Positions 28,973-39,153 are shown, counted from the stretch's first letter. The stretch: DNA of 64,000 nucleotides from an uncultured Acidimicrobiia bacterium (GCA_963768975.1 CAVYKB010000019.1:198688-262687); one strand, 5' to 3'. Notes: generated by a model from the sequence alone, not told the origin. A program made the numbers and translations.

Positions 28973-30047
28973 GCACCGGGTCGCGCTGACGCCCGACGGC
29001 GTGCGCGAGCTGGCCGCCCACGGCCACCAGGTCCTGGTCGAGGCCGGCGCCGGCGACGACTCCTCCCTTCCCGACGCCGAGTACGCCGCCGCCGGCGCCA
29101 CCGTCGTCACCGCAGACGACGCCTGGGCCGCCGAGCTGGTGGTCAAGGTCAAGGAGCCCCAGCCCGCTGAGCTCGGCTACCTGCGCCCCGACCTCGTGCT
29201 CCTCACCTACCTGCACCTGGCCGCCGAGCCCGAGGTCGCCCAGGCCCTGCTCGACCGCAAGACCACGTCGCTGGCCTACGAGACGGTCCAGGTGGAGGGA
29301 GGAGGGCTGCCGCTGCTGGCGCCCATGAGCGAGGTCGCCGGCCGCATGGCCACCCAGATCGGCGCCCATTTCCTGGAGCGCGACGGCGGGGGGCGGGGCG
29401 TGCTGCTCGGCGGGGCGCCCGGTGTGCGCCCGGCCCGGGTGGTCGTGATCGGCGCCGGCAACGTGGGATGGAACTCGGCGTGGATCGCCCAGGGCATGGA
29501 GGCCGAGGTCCTGCTGCTGGACCGCAGCATCGACCGCCTGCGCTTCGTCGACCAGATCCACAAGGGCCGGATCATGACGCTGGCGTCCAACCGCGGCGCC
29601 GTGGAGCGGGCCGTGGCCGACGCGGATCTGGTCATCGGTGCCGTGCTCGTCGCCGGCGGCCGGGCTCCGGTGGTCGTCACCGACGACATGGTGCGCGGCA
29701 TGAAGCAGGGGGCGGTGATCGTCGACATCGCCATCGACCAGGGCGGCTGCGTGGAAACCATTCGCGAGACCACCCACGCCGACCCCGTCTACGAGCTGCA
29801 CGGCGTCTTGCACTACGGGGTCGGAAACGTGCCGGCGGCGGTGCCCCACACGTCGACCTACGCCCTGACCAACGCCACCCTGCCCTACATCGCCGCGGTC
29901 GCCGAACACGGGCCCCTGGCCGCCGCCGGCCGCGATCCTGCGCTCGCCGCCGGCGTGAACACCGCCGGCGGTCACCTCACCAATCAGGCGGTGGCCGAAG
30001 CTCTCAGCCTCCCGGCCATGGAGCCCCTCACCGCCCTCTCGGGGTGA
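28935..30047 (+). CDS. ald: alanine dehydrogenase
   Basis: [40 protein letters not shown]... Rossmann motif VVIGAGNVG. 370 aa, close match to the mycobacterial Ald architecture. Confidence 0.93.
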   Translation: MIVGVPAETKEGEHRVALTPDGVRELAAHGHQVLVEAGAGDDSSLPDAEYAAAGATVVTADDAWAAELVVKVKEPQPAELGYLRPDLVLLTYLHLAAEPEVAQALLDRKTTSLAYETVQVEGGGLPLLAPMSEVAGRMATQIGAHFLERDGGGRGVLLGGAPGVRPARVVVIGAGNVGWNSAWIAQGMEAEVLLLDRSIDRLRFVDQIHKGRIMTLASNRGAVERAVADADLVIGAVLVAGGRAPVVVTDDMVRGMKQGAVIVDIAIDQGGCVETIRETTHADPVYELHGVLHYGVGNVPAAVPHTSTYALTNATLPYIAAVAEHGPLAAAGRDPALAAGVNTAGGHLTNQAVAEALSLPAMEPLTALSG

Positions 30048-30067
30048 CCGCGTCCCTCCCGCTGGAG

Positions 30068-30976
30068 ATGGAGGAGATGTTGTCGTGGCTGGGGGTGGAA
30101 CGCGGCCGCTCGGCCAACACCCTTGCCGCGTATCGCCGGGACCTGGCCGCCTACAACGAGTTCCTCACCGGCCGGAACCTCACGCCGGCTTCCGTCACCG
30201 AGCCCGTCATTGAGGACTACCTCGCGTACCTCCGGGCCGCGGGCCGGGCGCCGGCGTCGGTAGCTCGGGCGCTGGTCTCGGTGCGGTCGCTCCATCGCTT
30301 CCTTGAGGACGAAGGCCGAGCGGCCACCAACCCGGCCGGCGACGTCCAGCGTCCCAAGGTTCCGTCGGGGCTGCCCAAGGCGCTGTCGGAGGAGGAGGTG
30401 CTGTCGCTGCTCGGCGCAGTCACCGGCGACGACCCCGTCGCTCGTCGCGACCGGGCCATCCTCGAGATCCTCTACGGCTGCGGCCTCCGGGTGTCCGAGT
30501 TGGTCGGGCTCAGCCTGGTCGACCTGGACCTGGGGTCCCACCTGCTGCGAGCGTTCGGGAAGGGGTCGAAGGAGCGGGTGGTTCCCGTCGGCCGCCTGGC
30601 CACCGACGCCCTGACCGCCTGGCTCAGCCCCAGGGGCCGTGACCAGCTCGTTCCCGAGCGCTGGGCCCGCCGGGGCGACGCCGAGGCCGTGTTCCTCAAC
30701 ACCCGTGGCGGCCGCCTGTCCCGCCAGGGGGCGTGGGGCATCGTACGCGGCCACGGCGACGCCGCCGGGCTCGGCGACCGGTTGTCGCCGCATGTCCTCC
30801 GCCACTCCTGCGCCACCCACATGCTCGACCACGGCGCCGACATCCGGGTGGTCCAGGAACTGCTCGGCCACGCGTCGATCTCGACCACCCAGGTGTACAC
30901 CAAGGTGTCGGCCACCAGGCTCCGGCAGATCTACGAGTCGGCGCATCCTCGCGCCAAGCGGAGGCTGCCCGAGTAG
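30068..30976 (+). CDS. xerD: site-specific tyrosine recombinase XerD
   Basis: Motifs GVERGRSANTLAAYRRDLAAY, GLRVSEL, HVLRHSCATHMLDHGADIRVVQELLGHASISTTQVYT and catalytic Tyr. An alternative GTG at 30044 overlaps the ald stop. Confidence 0.88.
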   Translation: MEEMLSWLGVERGRSANTLAAYRRDLAAYNEFLTGRNLTPASVTEPVIEDYLAYLRAAGRAPASVARALVSVRSLHRFLEDEGRAATNPAGDVQRPKVPSGLPKALSEEEVLSLLGAVTGDDPVARRDRAILEILYGCGLRVSELVGLSLVDLDLGSHLLRAFGKGSKERVVPVGRLATDALTAWLSPRGRDQLVPERWARRGDAEAVFLNTRGGRLSRQGAWGIVRGHGDAAGLGDRLSPHVLRHSCATHMLDHGADIRVVQELLGHASISTTQVYTKVSATRLRQIYESAHPRAKRRLPE

Positions 30977-30985
30977 TCTGGCTGT

Positions 30986-31324
30986 GTGTTGAGCGAATCG
31001 ACCCTTTCGGACCTGCGCGCGTCCCTGGAGCAGGAGCGCTCCGATCTACGCGCCCGGCTCGCCGAGATGGGCCTGCTCAGCGGGGGTGAGCTGTCGTTCG
31101 ATCAGAACTTCGCCGACTCCAGCCAGGTCACCGCCGAGCGCGGTGAGGTGGAGGCCCTGGCCGGCAACCTGCGCGAGTCACTGACCGACGTCGATGCCGC
31201 CCTCGTGAAGCTGGACAACGGCACTTTCGGCGTCTGCGAGAGCTGCGGCGAGCCCATCTCGCCCGACCGCCTGGAGGCCAAGCCCGCAGCCCGCCTCTGC
31301 ATGACCTGCGCCTCCAAGCGCTGA
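30986..31324 (+). CDS. DksA/TraR-family C4 zinc-finger protein
   Basis: C-terminal CESCGEPISPDRLEAKPAARLCMTCA (C-x2-C-x17-C-x2-C) and an N-terminal coiled coil. Confidence 0.75.
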   Translation: MLSESTLSDLRASLEQERSDLRARLAEMGLLSGGELSFDQNFADSSQVTAERGEVEALAGNLRESLTDVDAALVKLDNGTFGVCESCGEPISPDRLEAKPAARLCMTCASKR

Positions 31325-31364
31325 TCTGGCCCCAACACGTGCACCCGAATGGGCGTGCGCGAAA

Positions 31365-32636
31365 CTAGGAGCGGGCTACAGGCGGCGCCCCGTCAGCCGG
31401 GCGCAGCGCCTTGAGCAGGTCCACGCCGGTGGCGTTCTCGATCTGCTCCGTCAGCCCGATGACGGCGGCGGGCAGCTGACCCATGAAGCCCGGGATCCCG
31501 GTTCCCTGGCCCCCGCTGTCGATGATCGACACTTTCTCGATGTCGACCGCGGCGACCACGGAGACGATCTTGTCGATCAGGTCGGGAAGCATGCGCAGGA
31601 CGAAGACCCGCTGGGCGTCGGGGCCGGCGGCCTGGTACTGCTCGACCAGCCGGCGGAACACCTCGATCTGGGCGTTGCCCTCCTCGATGATCTTGGCTGC
31701 GTCGGCCTTGGCCGACAGCTCCTTTGCCTCCAGGTCGGCCCGGGCCGGGGCGATGACGTAGGCCTCGAGCCGGCGGGTCTCAAGCTCCACCCGCTCGGCC
31801 TCCAGGGCCTGCTCGGCCACGACCTTGGCCTTCTCGCCGGCGACCTTGGCCTCGGCCTCGGCGGCGCCGGCGATGGCCTCCAGCTCGGCCTGGCGGACCC
31901 GGAGGGCGTTCTGCTGCTCGACGATCTGGAGGTCGGCATGGGCGGTGGCGATCTCGGCTCGCTGGCGGGCATGGGCCTCGGACTCCTCAGCCTCGGCCTT
32001 GCGCATGGCCTCGGCCACCCGGGCTTCCTTTAGCACCTCGGCGGTCTGCCGGCGCCCGACGGAGTTGAGGTAGCCGACCTCGTCGGTGACGTTCTGGATC
32101 TTGAGCACGTCGAGCTCCAGGCCGAGGGTCTTGATGTCGTCGTCGGCCTCCTCGATCAGGGTCTGGGCGAACTTGAGCCGGTCCTCGTTGACCTCCTCGG
32201 GCGTGAGCGTCGCCAACACCCCTCGAAGGTTGGCCTCCAGCGTCTCCTTGGCGATGGCGGCGATGGCGCTCTGGTCCACGTCGAGGAAGCGCTCGACGGA
32301 GTTCTGCAGCAGGCCCTCTACGCTCGAGACCTTCACGTTGGCAATGCCCTGAACGTGCAGGGGGATGGCGCCCTTGGAGTAGGCGTTGGCCACCGAGACC
32401 TCGATGGGGATGGTGTTCAGCTCCATCCACGACACCCGCTCCAGAAGCGGGACCCGCAGCGTGCGGCCACCCCGGATGGCGCGGTAACCCACCGTCCGGC
32501 CGTCGCTGAGCTGGCGGGACCGGCCCGAAATCACCGCCACCCGGTTCGGGGGGCAGATGATGATCAGGCTCTTGATCGTGGCGATGATCACCAGGACGAC
32601 CACCGCCAGGACTGCGCCGAGGACGAGGCCGGTCAT
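31365..32636 (-). CDS. SPFH/band-7 flotillin-like protein
   Basis: N-terminal TM then SPFH domain (VSGRSR...GYRAIRGGRT... IANVKVSS), followed by a long Ala/Glu-rich coiled coil (EAEAKVAGEKAKVVAEQALEAERVELETRRLEA). 423 aa. Confidence 0.85.
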   Translation of the reverse strand: MTGLVLGAVLAVVVLVIIATIKSLIIICPPNRVAVISGRSRQLSDGRTVGYRAIRGGRTLRVPLLERVSWMELNTIPIEVSVANAYSKGAIPLHVQGIANVKVSSVEGLLQNSVERFLDVDQSAIAAIAKETLEANLRGVLATLTPEEVNEDRLKFAQTLIEEADDDIKTLGLELDVLKIQNVTDEVGYLNSVGRRQTAEVLKEARVAEAMRKAEAEESEAHARQRAEIATAHADLQIVEQQNALRVRQAELEAIAGAAEAEAKVAGEKAKVVAEQALEAERVELETRRLEAYVIAPARADLEAKELSAKADAAKIIEEGNAQIEVFRRLVEQYQAAGPDAQRVFVLRMLPDLIDKIVSVVAAVDIEKVSIIDSGGQGTGIPGFMGQLPAAVIGLTEQIENATGVDLLKALRPADGAPPVARS

Positions 32637-33175
32637 AGGTCGACTCCTTGGTTGAGCTCCGGGTCCAGGGGGGTGACGCTGGCGATGCCTCGGCGCACCT
32701 CCACCACGAGCACGCTGTCGCCCACGCCCAGCTCGGCGAGCGAGTCCGGGACGGCCAGCGCCGACAGGTGGATCTGCTGGCCGCCGACGGTGACGGCGAT
32801 ACGGCCCCGCCGGTCGCCGGCGAGGGGGACGATGACGCGGCCGATCTTGCCCGCCAGCTGGTCGTCGTCGACCTCGGTGGTCGACTCGGAGCGCCGCAGG
32901 TAGGCGAACAGGGTGCTGTTGAGGACGCCGGCCACCACGCCGGCGAGGGCGGCGCCGGCGAACGCGCCCCCGCCGCTGGCGCCGGCCGCGCCCAGGGCCA
33001 GCCCGGCGACTCCGAAGGCGGCCAGCACGAAGGCGATCGTGCTCAGAGGCAGGAGGCGGAAGGTGATGCCGGCGATGCCGGCGTCGCCATCGGACCCGCT
33101 GTTGTCGCCCGAGAGGAGGAACCAGGCCACCAGGGGCACCCCAGCCGCCGCCGCGAACAGATACAACCCGGTCAC
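32633..33175 (-). CDS. NfeD-family membrane protein (partner of flotillin)
   Basis: N-terminal TM helices plus C-terminal OB-fold GKIGRVIVPLAGDRRGRIAVTVGGQQIHLSA...GDSVLVVEVRRGIASV. ATGA overlap with the flotillin gene. Confidence 0.8.
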   Translation of the reverse strand: MTGLYLFAAAAGVPLVAWFLLSGDNSGSDGDAGIAGITFRLLPLSTIAFVLAAFGVAGLALGAAGASGGGAFAGAALAGVVAGVLNSTLFAYLRRSESTTEVDDDQLAGKIGRVIVPLAGDRRGRIAVTVGGQQIHLSALAVPDSLAELGVGDSVLVVEVRRGIASVTPLDPELNQGVDL

Positions 33176-33274
33176 TGCCGCGAACCTAACCGAGAGCCGC
33201 CGTCTACGGGGGGGCGGCCGGCACTCCCGGACGCTCGGTCTGCTGCACCTCGCTCGCGCGGCTTTCTCGGTCGT

Positions 33275-34369
33275 TCACCGTGACAGTCGCTCCAGTACCC
33301 CTCGCGCCAGGCGGGTCAAGGTCTCACAGCCGCCCGAACTGTGCGGCACGCTGGCGGCCACGAGGAAGCGCCGGCCCGTGCGCGACTGGATGAAGGCGAC
33401 GTCGAGGCAGTCCAACTCGGCGGCGTCGCCGGGCTTGGACCAGATCTTGGCGCCCGTCCCGAGGGCGCGGGTCACGGCCGGCGGGAGGAAGCCCTCGGCC
33501 TTTTGGAGGGCGGCGGAGAGCGCCTTCACGTCGGTGATGTCAAGGTCGAAGCGCTGCTCGGCGGGGATCTCCTCGTGCAGGACGATGCGGCGCACGGATT
33601 CGGCCATCTCGAAGAGGTTGGAGCAGTTTCCTTCGCACTCCGGAGTCCCCACGGCTTTGCGCACGGGCACGTAGGCCCGCCGCTCACCCTCTTCGAACAC
33701 CATCGCCGGCGACTCGTCGAAAGGGAGCCCGCCGTAGGAGCGGGAGATCGACGTGACTGGGAAGCCGTTCTTGGCGGTCAGGAACTCGTCGTTGAGGCGG
33801 TCGAGGCCGGCGATGCGGACCAGGAGGTCGTAGTCGTAGTTGGAGCTGTCCCGGATAGCCGGCTCATAGATGGACCGCAGCGTTTGCGAGGGCAGGCCGT
33901 CGTCGAAGGCGACCGTGGCCGCGCCGGTGAACCCCAGGGAGCGGGCCAGGTCGAGGGCTCCCAGGGCGGCGAGGACCTTGATCGACGACGCCGGCCAGAA
34001 GTCGCCGGCCAGCGCCCCGCCGCCGGCCTCGAACTGCTCGTAGATTCGGCCCTCGGGGCCCTCGATGACCCGTACGGCGTAGACGTTGGCGTCCTGCGGG
34101 ATCGGGTAGCCCTTGGCCTTGAGGTCGGCATCGAGGTTCACCGGTCGCGACGGCGGCCCCGACAGCGGCCCGAGGGAGGCCTCGCTGGTGGCCTGCTCGA
34201 TGTCGCTGGCCAGGTTCACGGTGCCCTTGGCGTTTCCGTCCACCGTGCGGATGGCCAGTGCCGCCGACGCCGCCGCCAGCAGGATCAGGATCAGCACGAC
34301 GTGCATGAAGAAGAGGCCGGGCGAGCGGCGGGGGTCCCGGCGACGCTTTCGGGCTACCGTGCCGGCCAT
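33275..34369 (-). CDS. membrane-anchored serine hydrolase related to class A beta-lactamases
   Basis: N-terminal signal-anchor RKRRRDPRRSPGLFFMHVVLILILLAAASAALAI, S-x-x-K motif ASSIKVL, SSN element and K-[PT]-G (WSKPGD). Confidence 0.6.
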   Translation of the reverse strand: MAGTVARKRRRDPRRSPGLFFMHVVLILILLAAASAALAIRTVDGNAKGTVNLASDIEQATSEASLGPLSGPPSRPVNLDADLKAKGYPIPQDANVYAVRVIEGPEGRIYEQFEAGGGALAGDFWPASSIKVLAALGALDLARSLGFTGAATVAFDDGLPSQTLRSIYEPAIRDSSNYDYDLLVRIAGLDRLNDEFLTAKNGFPVTSISRSYGGLPFDESPAMVFEEGERRAYVPVRKAVGTPECEGNCSNLFEMAESVRRIVLHEEIPAEQRFDLDITDVKALSAALQKAEGFLPPAVTRALGTGAKIWSKPGDAAELDCLDVAFIQSRTGRRFLVAASVPHSSGGCETLTRLARGVLERLSR

Positions 34370-34382
34370 CGAGTCGTCGTTC

Positions 34383-34769
34383 ATGTCGCTGGACTTCATC
34401 TACGTCCCCACCAGAGACGTCGACAGTACCGCCCGGCACTACACCGAGGTGCTCGGCGCGGACCTGCGGTGGAAGGTGCGGGGCATGGGCACGGTCGTGG
34501 CGTGCCTCACCTTGGCCGGCGAGGGGCCGGCGGTCCTCCTGTCTGGCCACCTCGAGGGCGAGATCCCGATCCTGGTCTACCGGGTGGCCGACTACACCGA
34601 AACGGTCGCAGGCTTGCGGGCGCGGGGCCTCACCGCCCTCCACGAGATCGAGATCCCCCATGGGCCACTGGCCAGCTTCGAGGCCGCCGGCGGCCAGCGC
34701 TTCGCCGTCTACGAGCTGACCCGCCCCGAGGCGGCCGGCAAGTTCGACGGCATCGTCGACGAGGCCTGA
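34383..34769 (+). CDS. VOC-family (glyoxalase/bleomycin-resistance fold) protein
   Basis: MSLDFIYVPTRDVDSTARHYTEVLGADL...FAVYE. 128 aa. Confidence 0.7.
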   Translation: MSLDFIYVPTRDVDSTARHYTEVLGADLRWKVRGMGTVVACLTLAGEGPAVLLSGHLEGEIPILVYRVADYTETVAGLRARGLTALHEIEIPHGPLASFEAAGGQRFAVYELTRPEAAGKFDGIVDEA

Positions 34770-34788
34770 CACCTTCGACCAAGTCGCT

Positions 34789-34850
34789 GTTCACGCGAGT
34801 TCACACTGCGGCAACCGCCGGCACACACCTGGTTGCTTCACTTGGTTCAC
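34789..34850 (+). promoter_or_regulatory. four GTTCAC / CTTCAC hexamer repeats immediately upstream of nirB, a candidate nitrogen-regulator (GlnR-box-like gTnAc) binding region
   Basis: GTTCAC at 34789-34794 and 34799-34804 (4-nt spacer). CTTCACttgGTTCAC at 34836-34850 abuts the ATG at 34851. Confidence 0.3.
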
Positions 34851-37418
34851 ATGGCAGCACAGGAGGGCCGGCGCACGCTCGTCGTCGCCGGCAACGGCAT
34901 GGTCGGGCAGAAACTGCTCGAAATCCTCGTCGAGCGCGCCGCCACGGCCGAGTGGGACATCGTCACCTTCTGCGAGGAGGGCCGGCTCGCCTACGACCGG
35001 GTCGGCCTCAGCTCGTTCTTCAACGGGACGAGCGCGGAGGACCTGGGCCTGGTCCAGCCGGGGTTCTTCGACCAGAGCGGCCTGACCGTGCACGTGGGCG
35101 ACGCGGTGGCGTCGATCGACCGGACTGCGTCCACGGTGACCTCCACCGCCGGCCGGGTCATCCCCTATGACGCCCTGGTCCTGGCGACAGGATCGTTTCC
35201 ATTTGTTCCTCCCGTGCCGGGGAAGGACCTGGCCGGCTGCTTCGTCTACCGCACGCTGGACGATCTCGAGGCCATCCAGGCCTACGCCGCCGGCTGCCGG
35301 AGCGGGGCGGTCGTCGGCGGGGGGCTGCTGGGCCTGGAAGCGGCCAACGCCCTGCGCAGCCTGGGCCTCGAGACCCACGTCGTCGAGTTCGCCGAACGCC
35401 TCATGCCCGTCCAGGTCGACGAGGGCGGCGGCTCGGTCCTGCGCCGGCGCATCGAGGACCTGGGCGTGGGGGTCCACACCGGCATGGCCACCACCGAGAT
35501 CGCCGGCGACGAGCAAGTGACGGGCATGCGGTTCAAGGAGGGCGACGAGCTCCCCGTCGACCTCGTCGTCTTCTCCGCCGGCATCCGGCCCCGGGACCAA
35601 CTGGCTCGCGACGCGGGCCTGGCCGTGGGGGAGCGGGGCGGCGTGGTGGTCGACGACGCCTGCCGGACCTCGGACCCGAAGATCTTCGCCATCGGCGAGT
35701 GCGCCGTGTACGGGGGAAGGACCTTCGGCCTGGTGTCGCCCGGCTACCAGATGGCCGGGGTGGCGGCCGACCGCCTGCTGGGTGGCGACGCCGCCTTCAC
35801 CGGCGCCGACATGTCCACCAAGCTCAAGCTGATGGGCATCGACGTGGCCAGCTTCGGCGACGCCTTCGCCGCCGAGCCGGGCAACGAGGCCATCACCTAC
35901 TGCGACCCCGTAGCCAACCTCTACAAGAAGCTCGTCCTTGGTCCGCCCGACCGCCGGGGCTACCGCAAGGTGGCCGGCGGCATTCTCGTGGGCGACGCCA
36001 CCGTCTACCAGACCCTGCTCCAGATGTGCCGGGGCGGCATGCCCACCCCCCAGCACCCCGAGGAGCTGATCTTTCCGGCCCACTCCGGCACGCCGGCCAC
36101 CGCGGTGGGCGTGGCCGCCCTGCCCGAGACCGCGATGGTCTGCTCGTGCAACAACGTCGACAAGGGGACGATCTGCGCCGCGGTCTGCGGGGGCTGCGAC
36201 AGCGTCGCCGCCATCAAGACGATCACCAAGGCGGGTACCGGCTGCGGCGGCTGCGTGCCCCTGGTCACCGAGATCCTGCGCGACCAGCAGCGCAAGGCCG
36301 GCGTCGTCGTCATCAACACCCTGTGCGAGCACTTCGCCTACTCCCGCCAGGAGCTGTTCGACATCGTGCGGGTCCACCGGATCACGTCGTTCTCCGAGGT
36401 CCTCGCCACTCACGGCACCGGCGAGGGCTGTGAGATCTGCAAGCCGGCGGTGGCCTCGATGCTGGCGTCGCTGACCAACCGCTTCATCCTCGACGGCGAG
36501 CAGGCCGCTCTCCAGGACACCAACGACCACTTCCTGGCCAACCTCCAGCGCGACGGCACGTACTCGGTGGTGCCGCGGGTCCCGGGCGGGGAGATCACCC
36601 CCGATCAGCTCATCGCCATGGGCGAGGTGGCCAAGGAGTTCAACCTCTACACCAAGATCACCGGCGGCCAGCGCATCGACCTCTTCGGCGCCCGCGTGGA
36701 CCAGCTGCCCCACATCTGGCGCCGGCTGATCGACGCCGGCATGGAGTCCGGTCACGCCTACGGCAAGGCGCTGCGCACGGTGAAGTCCTGCGTGGGCCAG
36801 ACGTGGTGCCGTTACGGGGTCCAGGATTCGACCACTCTGGCCATCGACCTGGAGCTGCGCTACCGGGGTCTGCGGGCGCCCCACAAGATCAAGGGCGCGG
36901 TGTCGGGCTGCACCCGGGAATGCGCCGAGGCCCAGGGCAAGGACTTCGGCGTCATCGCCACCGAGCGGGGCTGGAACGTCTACGTCGGCGGCAACGGCGG
37001 TATGCGCCCCAAGCACGCCCAGCTCCTTGCCGCCGACCTCGACCGGGAGACCGTGTTCCGCTACCTCGACCGGTTCCTCATGTTCTATGTCCGCACCGCC
37101 GACCGCCTCGAGCGGACATCCGTGTGGCTGGACAAGCTGGAGGGGGGCATCGACTACCTCCGCAGCGTGGTCGTCGACGACGCCCTCGGCATCTGCGCCG
37201 ACCTGGAGGCCGACATGGCCCGCCACGTCGAGACCTACGAATGCGAGTGGAAGGCCGTCGTCGACGATCCCGAGCGCATGGAACGCTTCCGTACGTTCGT
37301 GAACTCCGACGACGCCGACCCCAACGTGGTCTTCGTCACCGAGCGGGGCCAGCCCCGGCCGGCGTACCGGCACGAGAAGCCCGATCCCGCCCTGCTGGCG
37401 ATCGGAGCGAAACCGTGA
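34851..37418 (+). CDS. nirB: assimilatory nitrite reductase [NAD(P)H] large subunit
   Basis: FAD/NAD Rossmann fold TLVVAGNGMVGQKLLE, BFD-like [2Fe-2S] Cys motifs, C-terminal sirohaem/4Fe-4S domain. 856 aa. Confidence 0.92.
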   Translation: MAAQEGRRTLVVAGNGMVGQKLLEILVERAATAEWDIVTFCEEGRLAYDRVGLSSFFNGTSAEDLGLVQPGFFDQSGLTVHVGDAVASIDRTASTVTSTAGRVIPYDALVLATGSFPFVPPVPGKDLAGCFVYRTLDDLEAIQAYAAGCRSGAVVGGGLLGLEAANALRSLGLETHVVEFAERLMPVQVDEGGGSVLRRRIEDLGVGVHTGMATTEIAGDEQVTGMRFKEGDELPVDLVVFSAGIRPRDQLARDAGLAVGERGGVVVDDACRTSDPKIFAIGECAVYGGRTFGLVSPGYQMAGVAADRLLGGDAAFTGADMSTKLKLMGIDVASFGDAFAAEPGNEAITYCDPVANLYKKLVLGPPDRRGYRKVAGGILVGDATVYQTLLQMCRGGMPTPQHPEELIFPAHSGTPATAVGVAALPETAMVCSCNNVDKGTICAAVCGGCDSVAAIKTITKAGTGCGGCVPLVTEILRDQQRKAGVVVINTLCEHFAYSRQELFDIVRVHRITSFSEVLATHGTGEGCEICKPAVASMLASLTNRFILDGEQAALQDTNDHFLANLQRDGTYSVVPRVPGGEITPDQLIAMGEVAKEFNLYTKITGGQRIDLFGARVDQLPHIWRRLIDAGMESGHAYGKALRTVKSCVGQTWCRYGVQDSTTLAIDLELRYRGLRAPHKIKGAVSGCTRECAEAQGKDFGVIATERGWNVYVGGNGGMRPKHAQLLAADLDRETVFRYLDRFLMFYVRTADRLERTSVWLDKLEGGIDYLRSVVVDDALGICADLEADMARHVETYECEWKAVVDDPERMERFRTFVNSDDADPNVVFVTERGQPRPAYRHEKPDPALLAIGAKP

Positions 37419-37420
37419 CG

Positions 37421-37756
37421 ATGCTCGTCTCCCGCACCTGGGTCGACGTCTGCCCGCTGGAGAAGCTCATCCCCGGGCGGGGTGTGTGCGCGCTGGTCGG
37501 CGGCCTGCAGGTCGCGGTGTTCCGTATCGCCGGCGAGGAGATCTACGCCATCTCCAACTTCGACCCCTTCAGCGGAGCCTTCGTCCTGTCGCGGGGGATC
37601 GTCGGGTCCAGGGCCGAACGGCTCAAGGTGGCGTCGCCCATCTACAAGCAGAGCTTCGACCTCGACACCGGCGTGTGCCTCGACGACGCCACTGTCTCGG
37701 TCCGCACGTTCGAGGTGAGCGTGGTCGAGGGCATGGTGCAGGTCGCGTCCCCTTGA
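37421..37756 (+). CDS. nirD: nitrite reductase small subunit (Rieske-like, NirD)
   Basis: About 112 aa, with VCALVGGLQVAVFRIAGEEIYAISNFDPFSGAFVLSRGIVGS typical of NirD. It starts 3 nt after the nirB stop. Confidence 0.85.
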   Translation: MLVSRTWVDVCPLEKLIPGRGVCALVGGLQVAVFRIAGEEIYAISNFDPFSGAFVLSRGIVGSRAERLKVASPIYKQSFDLDTGVCLDDATVSVRTFEVSVVEGMVQVASP

Positions 37757-39153
37757 GCACGACGCCGCTCGAGCGCTACCTGGCCGAGCAGGCGGATCTG
37801 GCGCCGGTTGAACGGTTCTCGCTGTGCGAAGTCCGCAGCACCGGGACTTGGGAGGATCGCATCCCCCTCACGGCTCCTTTGACCGGCCAGCAGTACGCCT
37901 TCGACGTCAACCTCGACACCTGCACCGGCTGCAAGGCCTGCGTCACCGCCTGCCACAACGTGAACGGCCTCGACGACGGCGAGTCCTACCGCACGGTGGG
38001 GCTGCTGACGGGGCCGACCTTCCAGCAGACCGTCACCACCGCCTGCCACCACTGCGTCGACCCCGCCTGCCTGAACGGCTGCCCGACGAACGCCTACGAG
38101 AAGGACGAGTTCAACGGGATCGTCGCCCACCTCGAGGGCCGGTGCCTGGGCTGCGGCTACTGCACCTGGACGTGCCCCTACGAGGTGCCCCGCTTCAACT
38201 CGGCACGCGGTGTCGTCCGCAAGTGCGACATGTGCCGCGACCGGCTGGGCGCCGGCGAGGAGCCGGCGTGCGTCTCGGCCTGTCCCAACGGCGCCATCAC
38301 CATCACCGTGGTCGACACCGCCGCCCTCGTCCACACCGCCCCGCTGGTGCCGACCGCCCCTCCGTCGGACATCACCCGGCCCACCACCAGCTACCACAGC
38401 GACTGGGGCCTGCCCGAGGGACTGGCGGCGGCCGGCGCCACCCTCGGCGGCGGAGGGCGCTCCCACGACCCTCTGGTGGCCATGCTGGTGCTCACCCAGG
38501 CGTCGGCCGGCGCCCTGGCCGTCGACCTGGCCACCGGCCACCGCCTGGCCACGACGACCGTCGCCGTGGTGCTGGCCCTCCTCGGGCTGGGCATCAGCAT
38601 CTTCCACCTCGGTCGCCCGGAGCGGGCCTGGCGCGCCCTCGCCGGCTGGCGGCACTCCTGGCTCAGCCGGGAGGTTGGCGCTCTTGGGCTCTTCGCCGGC
38701 CTGGCCATCCTCGCCGTGGCCACCGACTCGCCGCTCGTCCAGGCGGTCGCCGCGGCGGCGGGGGCGACCGGCGTGGCCTGCTCGGGCATGCTCTACGTCG
38801 TGACCCGCCGGCCCTCGTGGCGGGCCGGCGTGACCCTTCCCCGGTTCGCCCTCGGGTGGCTCGTCGGCGGAGCGGCCGTCGCGTTCGCCGCCGGCGGCGG
38901 ACGGGGCGCCGGCCTGGTCCTCGCCGGCGCGCTGGCCGCCAAGCTGGCCTGGGAGGCCCGCCTGGTGTGGCGGCCCGGCCCCGTCGTCGATGCCCCCGCC
39001 CGCTACGCCCTCGGGATAGCCGCCCTGTGCCTGGCCCTCACCGGCGCCGGCGCCGGCCTGGCCCTGGTGGCGGTCCTCGCCGGCGAGCTCATGGAGCGCA
39101 CCCGCTTCTTCACCACCGCCTCCTGGACGGGGATGCCGGGGCCGAAGACGTAG
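37753..39153 (+). CDS. fusion protein: a four-cluster 4Fe-4S ferredoxin-type subunit (DmsB/NrfC/NarH-like) joined to a polytopic membrane-anchor domain (DmsC/NrfD-like)
   Basis: Cluster motifs [38 protein letters not shown] and CDMCRDR...CVSACP. The C-terminal roughly 230 aa are hydrophobic with 6-8 predicted helices. No twin-arginine signal. TTG at 37753 overlaps the nirD stop (TTGA). Confidence 0.7.
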   Translation: MSTTPLERYLAEQADLAPVERFSLCEVRSTGTWEDRIPLTAPLTGQQYAFDVNLDTCTGCKACVTACHNVNGLDDGESYRTVGLLTGPTFQQTVTTACHHCVDPACLNGCPTNAYEKDEFNGIVAHLEGRCLGCGYCTWTCPYEVPRFNSARGVVRKCDMCRDRLGAGEEPACVSACPNGAITITVVDTAALVHTAPLVPTAPPSDITRPTTSYHSDWGLPEGLAAAGATLGGGGRSHDPLVAMLVLTQASAGALAVDLATGHRLATTTVAVVLALLGLGISIFHLGRPERAWRALAGWRHSWLSREVGALGLFAGLAILAVATDSPLVQAVAAAAGATGVACSGMLYVVTRRPSWRAGVTLPRFALGWLVGGAAVAFAAGGGRGAGLVLAGALAAKLAWEARLVWRPGPVVDAPARYALGIAALCLALTGAGAGLALVAVLAGELMERTRFFTTASWTGMPGPKT

